Source: an uncultured Eubacteriales bacterium
Lineage (GTDB): Bacteria > Acidobacteriota > Aminicenantia > Aminicenantales > CALLJL01
Direction of reading: 5' to 3'
Assembly: GCA_964627255.1 (NCBI GenBank)
Contig: CAZVIN010000042.1
Location: 249-64,248 of the forward strand
Length of the DNA stretch: 64,000 bases
Shown: in pieces, positions 22,020 to 30,531 of the stretch
Numbering within the stretch: position 1 is the stretch's first letter
How the letters are laid out: every line of letters starts with the position of its first letter
The notes under the pieces: generated by a model
Seen by the model: only the letters and a program-made list of their open reading frames with translations
Database searches by the model: none
What the model was told of the DNA's origin: nothing
Translations under genes and position numbers: made by a program

Positions 22020-22820
22020 ATGTTAGATGAGGTAGTAATAAGTCGGGCAATTACGGAAAGCTTCTCTAAAGAATTTCTTTCTTCCCTTGAAGCTGACGTC
22101 GTTATCGGCGGCGCGGGGCCTTCTGGTCTCAGCGCGGCCTATTTTTTAGCCCGTGAAGGCCATAAAGTAGTCGTCTTTGAGCGAGGGCTGCGCCCGGGTG
22201 GCGGGATGGCGGGCGGCGGCATGCTTTTTAACAAAATTGTGGTTCAGGAAGAAGCCAAAGCTCTGCTGGATAACTGGGGAGTGAGGACTGAGGCCTATGC
22301 CGAAAAATATTACGTTGCCTCCTCTCTGGAGATGATGGCTGCCCTTCTTCTGAGTACGCTGCGAGCCGGAGCGCACATTTTCAATAGTATCTCGATTGAA
22401 GATGTGGTGATTCGCAACAGCAAGGTTCAGGGAGCTGTCATCAACTGGTCGGCAGTGGAGATGGCGCAGCTGCATGTCGACCCCTTGGCAGTCAGGAGCC
22501 ATTTTGTAGTTGACGCCACTGGTCATGCGGCAGAGATTGCTCAGGTGGTGGCCCGCAAAACGGAGGGAAAGCTCCTAACGGCCACAGGAGGCGTCATGGG
22601 CGAAAGACCCATGTGGGCCGAAGAAGGAGAAAGGTTCCTTTTAGTTAATACCCGCGAGGTTTACCCTAATCTTTATGTCTGCGGCATGGCGGCCAACGCT
22701 GTTTTTGGCGGCCCGAGGATGGGGCCGATATTTGGCGGCATGCTCCTCTCTGGCCAGCGGGTTGCCCAGCTTCTTAAGGAGCGTCTTAAGGCGCTAAAAA
22801 ATAATTCGAATCAGAAATAA
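22020..22820 (+). CDS. thi4: Sulfide-dependent adenosine diphosphate thiazole synthase (non-Cys Thi4)
   Basis: GGAGPSGL, GGGMAGGGMLFNK, LHVDP, DATGH, GGPRMGPIFGGMLLSG. Confidence 0.93.
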   Translation: MLDEVVISRAITESFSKEFLSSLEADVVIGGAGPSGLSAAYFLAREGHKVVVFERGLRPGGGMAGGGMLFNKIVVQEEAKALLDNWGVRTEAYAEKYYVASSLEMMAALLLSTLRAGAHIFNSISIEDVVIRNSKVQGAVINWSAVEMAQLHVDPLAVRSHFVVDATGHAAEIAQVVARKTEGKLLTATGGVMGERPMWAEEGERFLLVNTREVYPNLYVCGMAANAVFGGPRMGPIFGGMLLSGQRVAQLLKERLKALKNNSNQK

Positions 22821-22822
22821 GG

Positions 22823-23581
22823 TCAGAATCGATAATTAACCCCGACGGCCAGATGATAACCACCCAAATCAAAGGGTTCAAAACCTTCGAAACCCTCTTT
22901 AAGCGTTCCCTTTAAGGTCGAATACCTTAATTCAACTTCAATCGCCATTCTCTGGGCCACTCGGTACATCAAGCCAACAAAGGCATGATAGCCGAGGGAA
23001 AAGTTGTTGTCGTCTCGGACGTTGGTGGGATAAATGGGGTAAATATCGACATCACCTAAGTCAGGGTCTTCGTATACCCAGGGGTCGCTAAAATCGATCA
23101 TATCTCCTTGGAGGCGCACACTCCAGATATACAAGCCGAGTCCTCCCCCTAAATAAGGCGAAAAGCTGGCCCGGTGGCCAAGGGGGACAAGTTTTAGCCC
23201 TAGCTGTATAGGGGTGATAGAAACACCAAACACATGACTCAGGCCAAAGGCCCCTCGATAATACTTGGCCGGAAAGGCAAAGTCACCCTCATCAAAAGAA
23301 TAACCGACATACTCTTTGTAAAATCCCGCCCTGTTTTTGCTATAACCGTCCAAACCTACTACTACGCTCAACTGCGAAGAGAGATATTTTTCATAAACAA
23401 AACCCAAGGTAGAGTTCTGATAATTAGAATGGGTAAAGTCCATGTTTTCAAACTCAATATCCCAGAGGTCGCTCTTAGCCCGGGGAATGAAGTAGCCAAG
23501 ACGGATGGAAATAGCATCAGCCCAGACTATTGTCGGCAGCAAAAGCAAAATAACTGTCACGAAAAGCAAACCTTTTTTCAT
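22823..23581 (-). CDS. Outer-membrane beta-barrel protein, function unknown
   Basis: GAGGAG SD then MKKGLLFVTVILLLLPTIVWA signal peptide; amphipathic strands (PYLGGGLGLY, LGYHAFVGLMY); C-terminus GVNYRF. Confidence 0.8.
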   Translation of the reverse strand: MKKGLLFVTVILLLLPTIVWADAISIRLGYFIPRAKSDLWDIEFENMDFTHSNYQNSTLGFVYEKYLSSQLSVVVGLDGYSKNRAGFYKEYVGYSFDEGDFAFPAKYYRGAFGLSHVFGVSITPIQLGLKLVPLGHRASFSPYLGGGLGLYIWSVRLQGDMIDFSDPWVYEDPDLGDVDIYPIYPTNVRDDNNFSLGYHAFVGLMYRVAQRMAIEVELRYSTLKGTLKEGFEGFEPFDLGGYHLAVGVNYRF

Positions 23582-23734
23582 CTTCACTCTCCTCAAAAAC
23601 TAATCTAAGCAAATTATATGCCAATTCTCCAAGTGATTCCGCTTAGATAAAGCCTGATTGAACACTCCTGCTGGCTGTTACTTGTTGAGGTCATCTGTCC
23701 TATCCTCATCCACAAAAGATGGGAGTGAACCCTT

Positions 23735-25663
23735 TTATTTGACTTTAGCCCCAGCCGGGACATCGCGGTCAAAGAAAGGAATAATCGCTCTCCCTTCCAC
23801 TTCTGCCGCCAAGAGCATTGCTTGCGATTCGATTCCCCGGATGACAGCCGGCTTGAGGTTGACAATGACCACGATTTTTTTGCCGATCAGGTCTTCAGGC
23901 GCATAAGTGTCAGCTACCCCAGCGACCATTGTCCTGGTTTCTTGGCCGATATTGACCTCAAGACGCAAGAGTTTGTCAGTATTCGGGACTCTCTCGGCTT
24001 TAATTACCTCGGCCACGCGCAAGTCCATCCTTTTAAACTCCTCGAAAGAAATCCATTCACTCTTGGCTTCCATTTTTACCTCCTTGGCGACTTCCAGGCC
24101 TAAAAAATCTTTCAAGGCTACCCGAGGAAAAAGAGGCTCGGGTTTCTTGACCGGTTCTCCGGAAGAGAATAGGTCAAACTCCAGCGCTTCATAGTTAATG
24201 GAGTTGATGGGTCGTTTCTCTCCGAGTAGCTGCCAGGTCCTCTCGGCCGAACCAGGCATTACCGGGTAGAGAAGATAAGCTAAGCCCCAGATGGCGCGGG
24301 CGGCCTGCAAGAGGATTCTTCCCAGCCGGCTTCTTTTAGCCGGGTCAGCGGCCATCTTCCACGGCTCGTTGTCGGCCAAGTATTTGTTGACGCTGTTGAT
24401 ATATACCCAGATTTCTTCGAGCGCTCGATTGATCGCATAATCATTAAAAAGCTCCCGCACCTTTTCCTTCAACCGCTCAAAATTTCTTTTTATGACCCCG
24501 TCCTCTTCTGTTTCGGGTCCCACCGAATCTATTTTCCCCTGGAAATAATTCCCGATCATGGTCAGGATTCGTTGAATTAGATTGCCCAGGTCATTGGCCA
24601 AGTCAGAATTGACTCGGTGGAGAAAGCCTTCATGGGAAAAATTGCCGTCCTGACCGATAGGAATCTCCCTCAGCAGGAAATAGCGAAGCGGGTCGGGGCC
24701 AAAAGCCTGAAGGATAACCTGTGGGTCAAGCACATTACCCCGCGACTTAGACATTTTAGTTTCGTCCTTGAGCCACCAGCCGTGGCCCAAAACGGTGCGC
24801 GGCAGCGGTAGCCCCGCGGCCATCAGAAAAGCCGGCCAAAAAATAGCGTGAAAACGGAGGATGTCCTTGCCGATTAGATGGAGGTCGGCGGGCCAGAAGC
24901 GGGAGAAAAGCTCCTCTTTCCAGTCATAACCGATTCCAGTGACATAGTTGTGGAGCGCATCGAACCAGACATAAATCGTATGTTGCGGGTCGTTAGGGAC
25001 GGGAATGCCCCATCTAACCGTGGTTCGGGTTATACTCAAGTCTTTGAGCCCTTGTTTAACAAACGAGACGACCTCGTTCATCCGGCTGGGAGGCCGGACA
25101 AAATCCGGATTTTGGGCATAGAAGGCCAACAGACGACCCTGGTAGGCAGATAGACGGAAAAAGTAGCATTCCTCAGAAATTAGGAGGGCTTTTTTGCCGC
25201 AGTCAGGGCAACTTTTTTCGCCAGAAGGTTCCAACGGTACATCTTCGGCCAAAAAATTTTCGTCAGAGACACAATACCAGCCCTGATAAGTTCCCTTGTA
25301 GATATCTCCTTTTTCTTTAAGCTGTTGAAAAATTTTTTGCACTCCGGCTTCGTGGAACGGCTCCGTCGTCCGAATAAAATAATCATAGGAAATGTTCAAA
25401 GCCCGCCACAAATCCTTAAACCTGACTACCACCTGGTCGGCGAGCTCTTTCGGCGTTAAACCTCGTTCGGTGGCGGCCCGCTCTATTTTCTGCCCATGCT
25501 CGTCGGTTCCTGTGAGAAAGAAGACTTGTTTGCCACAAAGACGCTGGAAGCGAGCCACGGCGTCAGCAATGATGGTAGTGTAGGCATGACCGATATGCGG
25601 GACGTCGTTAACATAATAAATTGGCGTTGTAACATAAAATTTCTGATTATCGCTCTTGACCAC
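23735..25663 (-). CDS. metG: Methionine--tRNA ligase with C-terminal tRNA-binding domain
   Basis: [30 protein letters not shown]-terminal OB fold (HPNTDKL-like PNTDKLL, NLKP...GIESQAM). Confidence 0.98.
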   Translation of the reverse strand: MVKSDNQKFYVTTPIYYVNDVPHIGHAYTTIIADAVARFQRLCGKQVFFLTGTDEHGQKIERAATERGLTPKELADQVVVRFKDLWRALNISYDYFIRTTEPFHEAGVQKIFQQLKEKGDIYKGTYQGWYCVSDENFLAEDVPLEPSGEKSCPDCGKKALLISEECYFFRLSAYQGRLLAFYAQNPDFVRPPSRMNEVVSFVKQGLKDLSITRTTVRWGIPVPNDPQHTIYVWFDALHNYVTGIGYDWKEELFSRFWPADLHLIGKDILRFHAIFWPAFLMAAGLPLPRTVLGHGWWLKDETKMSKSRGNVLDPQVILQAFGPDPLRYFLLREIPIGQDGNFSHEGFLHRVNSDLANDLGNLIQRILTMIGNYFQGKIDSVGPETEEDGVIKRNFERLKEKVRELFNDYAINRALEEIWVYINSVNKYLADNEPWKMAADPAKRSRLGRILLQAARAIWGLAYLLYPVMPGSAERTWQLLGEKRPINSINYEALEFDLFSSGEPVKKPEPLFPRVALKDFLGLEVAKEVKMEAKSEWISFEEFKRMDLRVAEVIKAERVPNTDKLLRLEVNIGQETRTMVAGVADTYAPEDLIGKKIVVIVNLKPAVIRGIESQAMLLAAEVEGRAIIPFFDRDVPAGAKVK

Positions 25664-26228
25664 TACCTAAATCTCCTTTGATCAGAGTCAGAGCCTCGGC
25701 TCTGGTGGCTGGGTTGTTCCGAAAAGAGCCCCGCACGGCCGAAGTCACCGTTATCGAGCGCGGTTTCTTAACGCCTCGCATCGACATGCACATATGCTCG
25801 GCTTCAATCACTACCATCACTCCTAAGGGTTTGAGCTGTTCGTTAATCAGGTCGGCGATTTGTTTGGTCAGCCGTTCTTGAACCTGAAGGCGCCGCGACA
25901 AAACGTCCACGACGCGGGCGATCTTGCTTAGGCCGACAATTCTTCCTTCCTTGGGGATGTAAGCAATGTGAGCTTGGCCCGCAAACGGCAGGAGGTGATG
26001 CTCACACATCGAATAAAGTGGAATATTCTTGATCAAGACCATCTCGTCATGACGCTCTTCCTGGATGACTTCTAAATGTTCCTTAGGGTCCTGAGTTAAT
26101 CCTCCAAGGATTTCGGCAAACATTCGAGCCACTCGCTGCGGCGTTTGTTTGAGTCCAGGACGCGATGGGTCCTCGCCCACACCTTTTAGAATAAGTTTTA
26201 CTCCTTCTTCTATTTTCTTCAGGTTCAT
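25647..26228 (-). CDS. folE: GTP cyclohydrolase I
   Basis: [40 protein letters not shown]. Confidence 0.98.
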   Translation of the reverse strand: MNLKKIEEGVKLILKGVGEDPSRPGLKQTPQRVARMFAEILGGLTQDPKEHLEVIQEERHDEMVLIKNIPLYSMCEHHLLPFAGQAHIAYIPKEGRIVGLSKIARVVDVLSRRLQVQERLTKQIADLINEQLKPLGVMVVIEAEHMCMSMRGVKKPRSITVTSAVRGSFRNNPATRAEALTLIKGDLGSGQER

Positions 26229-26272
26229 GGCCAGTTCGTCCTCATTTCTGGTTTTAACCCGCCAGGATTAGG

Positions 26273-27454
26273 TTAAGATTCCGGATGCCTTTTCTTCCAG
26301 GACTCGAGAGCTTGGCTCTGAAGGAGGCGCAGAGGAAAGTGCTTTTTCTTGGCAATCCTTTGGCAAGCTTCAAATTCAGGTTGAGCCTGGATTATCTTCC
26401 CTTCGAAATAAGAAATTTTAATCGGTATCTCTTCGCCCGCTACTTGAACTTTTTCGATTTTTCGCTCCAAGACGCGTCTTTCAACCGGCTGATAACGAAC
26501 ACCAATCGTGCTTGTCTCCCGGAACAAAACCTCGATAATTTTATCTATTTTATCAGCTGGCGCTAAGGCGGTCAATTGAACCGCCAGTCGACCCTTCTTC
26601 ATCACGACCGGAGTCTGAAAAATGTCCAGCGCGCCGGAGTTAAGCACCTGTTCACAGGCATAGGCAAGAACCTGAGGCGCAGCGTCATCGATATTGGCGC
26701 GAATTTCATAAACCGGGACCGAACTCTTAGCGACAGTTTCTTCGCCCCAAAAGACTCGCAGGACGTTGGGAAACCCTGGGAAATCACGGCCCCCAGCTCC
26801 ATAACCCACCATGTTAACCTTGACTTCGGGGAAGCTAAGGAAAGAATCAGCTACCTGGGCGATGATGGCTGCTCCCGTGGGGGTGGTTAACTCCGCCTCC
26901 ACCCCGGCCGAGTAAACAGGAATATTTTTTAACAGCTCAGCGACAGCGGGCGGGGGAACAGGTAGCAAGCCATGGGATGTTTTCACCCAGCCCGAGCCGA
27001 GGTTAATGGGCGAGCAGGTGATTCGGGAAACCCCCATTTTCTCCAGCAACCAGCAGGAGCCGATGATATCTACCAGAGCGTCATTAGCTCCGGCTTCGTG
27101 GAGATGAACTTTGTCCATGGGCTGACCGTGGACTTTTGCTTCGGCCGCAAACAGGGTCTGAAAAATCTTGAGGGATTTTTCCTTCACCCAGGGTGAAAAA
27201 GGGCAACTTTTAATTATAACTTCTATCTCGCGCCATTTTCTTGACTTTATTTTTTCTTCCTTGGGCAGGACAACCTCCACCCTTTTTGCCCGGAGTGAGG
27301 CCCGGTGGACATCGTTGACCTTGACTTTAACTCCTAAGTTTAAACTCTGGACGGCGTTTCTGAATTCGGCAGGGTTAAGGCCGAGGTCTAAAAGAGAGGC
27401 TAAGATCATATCGCCACTCAACCCCGCAGTCGGCTGAAAATGGATGATGCTCAT
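26273..27454 (-). CDS. larC: Nickel pincer cofactor biosynthesis protein LarC (divergent)
   Basis: SGDM, AEAKVHG...VHLHEAG, DIIG, VPPPA, ELTTPTGAA, GYGAG, NIDD, MKKGR, ETSTIGVR. Confidence 0.88.
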   Translation of the reverse strand: MSIIHFQPTAGLSGDMILASLLDLGLNPAEFRNAVQSLNLGVKVKVNDVHRASLRAKRVEVVLPKEEKIKSRKWREIEVIIKSCPFSPWVKEKSLKIFQTLFAAEAKVHGQPMDKVHLHEAGANDALVDIIGSCWLLEKMGVSRITCSPINLGSGWVKTSHGLLPVPPPAVAELLKNIPVYSAGVEAELTTPTGAAIIAQVADSFLSFPEVKVNMVGYGAGGRDFPGFPNVLRVFWGEETVAKSSVPVYEIRANIDDAAPQVLAYACEQVLNSGALDIFQTPVVMKKGRLAVQLTALAPADKIDKIIEVLFRETSTIGVRYQPVERRVLERKIEKVQVAGEEIPIKISYFEGKIIQAQPEFEACQRIAKKKHFPLRLLQSQALESWKKRHPES

Positions 27455-27474
27455 TGCTTCCCTCTTAAATTTAT

Positions 27475-28245
27475 CTATTCTCTCTGCGGGGCGGATGCTC
27501 TTATTAACTCATCCAGCCGCGGCATTATTTCTCCAGCTTTACCCGACAAAGAGAAATCGGCATAAGGGGTCAGAGGGGTTGGCTCAAGGTTTATCTCGAC
27601 CAGGGTCGCTCCCCGTTCGGAAGCGACCAATGGCAGCGAGGCCGCGGGCTGAACCACCGCCGAGGTGCCGATAAACAACATGACTTCCGAGTGACGGCTA
27701 ACTTCAAAGGCGGCTTCCACGACCTCGGCAGGCAGAGCTTCGCCAAACCAGACCACGTGGGGGCGGAGAAGGGAACCACATTCAGGACAGACCGGGGGAA
27801 TTTTAGACAAGGGAACCTCTCTGTTTTCCATAATAGTGCCTTCTTTTAAGCATCTCACCTTCCAGATATTGCCATGGAGCTCAAGGAGCTTGGTGGAGCC
27901 GGCCAATTCGTGGAGTCCGTCGACATTTTGGGTAATCAGGGTAAAGGAAGGAAATTCCTTTTCCCATTTTGCTAAAATATAGTGGGCCGGGTTAGGCCTA
28001 ACAGCCTGAATTTTTTGGCGCCGCCAGTCATACCATTCCCAGACAAGCTGAGGGTTACGAGCAAAAGCCTCGGGTGTGGCCAGTTCTTCGGCTCGGAATT
28101 GGCGCCAGAGCCCGTCAGCGCCCCGAAATGTGGGCACGCCGGATTCAGCCGAAATTCCCGCTCCTGTAAGGATGGCCAGAGAAGGCCGGCTCTGAAGCAG
28201 TTGGGCCACTTCTTTTAATTTGGCTTCGTCCATAATCTGAGCCAC
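27475..28245 (-). CDS. cobB: NAD-dependent protein deacylase (class III sirtuin)
   Basis: TGAGISAESGVPTFRG, WYDWRR, TQNVDGLH, ELHG, RPHVVWFGE, GTSAVVQPAA. Confidence 0.95.
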   Translation of the reverse strand: MAQIMDEAKLKEVAQLLQSRPSLAILTGAGISAESGVPTFRGADGLWRQFRAEELATPEAFARNPQLVWEWYDWRRQKIQAVRPNPAHYILAKWEKEFPSFTLITQNVDGLHELAGSTKLLELHGNIWKVRCLKEGTIMENREVPLSKIPPVCPECGSLLRPHVVWFGEALPAEVVEAAFEVSRHSEVMLFIGTSAVVQPAASLPLVASERGATLVEINLEPTPLTPYADFSLSGKAGEIMPRLDELIRASAPQRE

Positions 28246-28274
28246 CAGTTAAGGTTTATTTTTTCTTGCCCTTT

Positions 28275-28303
28275 AGAATACCTTTTTAGCCCCTAAAAAT
28301 CAA
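28275..28303 (-). promoter_or_regulatory. Putative sigma70 promoter for cobB-larC-folE-metG
   Basis: Minus strand TTGATT-17 nt-TATTCT, 29 nt upstream of the cobB start. Confidence 0.5.
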
Positions 28304-28416
28304 AGGATTAGCCAATCCCGAGCTACTTTTTGGGGTCAGGTTCTGGCAAGCCCTTGACACCCTTGCCGTTAAAATAATATACAATCATTTCATCTTATTA
28401 GCCCGAGGAGGAGAAA

Positions 28417-29319
28417 ATGGCCTGGCCGGCGAAACCACTTTTCCGAGCCGAAATCGGCATACTCGGCGGAACCGGACTTTACGCCATGGAGGGAATAAGT
28501 GAATTAGAAACCATAAAGCTCGAGACTCCTTTCGGCGACCCCTCTGATATCTTTATGATTGGCACCTTAGAGGGAAAAAGGGTCGCCTTTTTGAGCCGTC
28601 ATGGCCAGGGGCACCGTTATCTTCCTTCTAATATAAATTACCGGGCTAATATTTATGGGTTTAAATTACTCGGAGTTTCACGTCTTATTGCGGTTAATAG
28701 CTGCGGTTCCTTGAAAGAGGAAATTAAGCCTCGCGACCTGGTTCTTTCTGACCAGTTTTTTGACCGGACACGCCGTCAGTCAACTTTTTTTGGCGAGGGC
28801 TTAGCAGCCCACATAAGCTTTGCCCAGCCCGTCTGCCCAGAGTTGCTGGAAGCTCTTTTTAAGGCCGGCCAGGCTCTATCTTTGCCTGTGCACCAGGGAG
28901 GTGCCTATCTTTGCATCGAAGGCCCGGCTTTTTCCACCAAAGCTGAATCGCGGGTTTATCGCCAGTGGGGATGCGACGTAATTGGGATGACAGCGGCTAC
29001 GGAAGCCAAGCTGGCTCGGGAAGCCGAAATCTGCTATGCCACCATCAACTTAGTCACGGATTATGACGTCTGGCATGAAGAAGAAGAGTCGGTTTCGGTT
29101 GAGCTCATCCTGGAGAACCTGCGCCTTAATATTGCGAATGCTAAGTCTTTAATCCGGAAAACCTTAATTCTTCTTCCTCCGGAGAGAAGCGGCCAGTGTC
29201 CCTGTGCTCACGCTCTGGCTAACACCATCGTTACCCAACCTGAACTCGTTCCCCGGGAATGGAAAGAAAAATTAAGCTTGATTATCGGGAAATACATTCC
29301 CTTAGATGAAAAATCATAG
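28417..29319 (+). CDS. mtnP: S-methyl-5'-thioadenosine phosphorylase
   Basis: GGTGLY, TPFGDPS, RHG.GH, NYRANI, EGPAFST, GMT, VTDYD. Confidence 0.93.
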   Translation: MAWPAKPLFRAEIGILGGTGLYAMEGISELETIKLETPFGDPSDIFMIGTLEGKRVAFLSRHGQGHRYLPSNINYRANIYGFKLLGVSRLIAVNSCGSLKEEIKPRDLVLSDQFFDRTRRQSTFFGEGLAAHISFAQPVCPELLEALFKAGQALSLPVHQGGAYLCIEGPAFSTKAESRVYRQWGCDVIGMTAATEAKLAREAEICYATINLVTDYDVWHEEEESVSVELILENLRLNIANAKSLIRKTLILLPPERSGQCPCAHALANTIVTQPELVPREWKEKLSLIIGKYIPLDEKS

Positions 29320-29337
29320 CCGTACCGAAAAAATTTT

Positions 29338-30237
29338 ATGAGCTTACTTATTGTTGGTTCCATTGCTTTTGATACGGTCGAAACTCCCTATGAGCGCCGG
29401 GAAAGGATTGTTGGTGGTTCCGGGACCTATTGTGCTCTGGCTGCGAGCTTTTTCACCCGTCCCATGCTCAGTGGCGTTGTCGGGGAGGATTTTCCGAGGG
29501 AGATTATTGCCTTTTTCCAGAACCGGGGCATCAAAACAGAAGGCATCTTAATCCGGCCTGGGAAGACCTTTTTTTGGGAAGGTAAGTATGGTTATGACCC
29601 TAACCAGCGAGAAACATTACGCACTGAACTCAACGTGATGGCTGGATTCATTCCCTTGCTTCCTGAGAGTTATCAACAAGCAGCTATTGTTTATCTGGCC
29701 ACTATCGACCCTGATTGGCATGAGGCCATCCTGAGTCAGGTGAAGAGACCGAAAATAGTGGCCATGGACACCATTCAATTCTGGATCACCCATAAGATAG
29801 AATCCTTGTGGCACTCTTTAAAGAGAGTAAATATTTTCTTTGCCAACGACGAAGAAATTCGGTTGCTAACCAGGGAAGTTAACCTCGTTAGAGCGGGGAA
29901 AAAAGTCCTCGAGGCTGGACCGTCCTTAGTAATCGTTAAAAAAGGTGAACACGGCGCGCTTGTCTTCAGCCGTGATTTTATCTTTGGGACCTTAGCCCAT
30001 CCCTGTGAGGAAGTGGTTGACCCCACCGGCGCTGGCGACAGCTTTGCCGGCGGCTTCTTGGGGTATCTTGACCGAGCCAAAAAGATTAGCCCGCGCACGA
30101 TAAAAAAGGCCATCGTGGCTGGTTCGGCTGTGGCTTCCTTTGTGATCGAAGATTTTGGAATTGACCGACTGAGGCGGTTAAAGCCCGAAGAAATTCAGCA
30201 GCGGATGGGGTTTTTCCGTCATCTGGTTTCCTTTTAA
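29338..30237 (+). CDS. PfkB/ribokinase-family kinase, substrate unknown
   Basis: VGSIAFD, GGSG, NDEE, KKGEHG, DPTGAGDSFAGG. Confidence 0.9.
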   Translation: MSLLIVGSIAFDTVETPYERRERIVGGSGTYCALAASFFTRPMLSGVVGEDFPREIIAFFQNRGIKTEGILIRPGKTFFWEGKYGYDPNQRETLRTELNVMAGFIPLLPESYQQAAIVYLATIDPDWHEAILSQVKRPKIVAMDTIQFWITHKIESLWHSLKRVNIFFANDEEIRLLTREVNLVRAGKKVLEAGPSLVIVKKGEHGALVFSRDFIFGTLAHPCEEVVDPTGAGDSFAGGFLGYLDRAKKISPRTIKKAIVAGSAVASFVIEDFGIDRLRRLKPEEIQQRMGFFRHLVSF

Positions 30238-30339
30238 CTAAATTATATGGGAAAATGAATTTTCCGGATTCAGAGACTATAAGCCTCTGGTTTTGTTTCG
30301 ATTTATCCCTCGGTTGTTTCAAAAAAAGGAGGGAATTAA

Positions 30340-30372
30340 ATGCCTAGCAAAGGCTTTTTCAGAGTGGAATGA
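30340..30372 (+). CDS. Possible 10-aa upstream ORF (MPSKGFFRVE) before tnaA
   Basis: AAGGAGGG SD 6 nt before the ATG; too short to judge. Confidence 0.2.
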   Translation: MPSKGFFRVE

Positions 30373-30531
30373 ATGCTCCCATCGAGGCGATAGACGGGGA
30401 AAAGTCAAAGAGACAAATGACCAACGCCGACGAGGTTGAAACTTAAGGGAAGGGTGGCGTTAATGACAAGTAGCTGTTTAGGAGATTGAAGGCCAAAGAG
30501 TTGGAATCAGGTCAAAAGAAAGGAGGAAATA

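Noticed and set aside
30440-30465. T-box-like AAGGGTGG upstream of tnaA
   Set aside because: It continues CGTT instead of the required NACC, and no stem I or terminator is present
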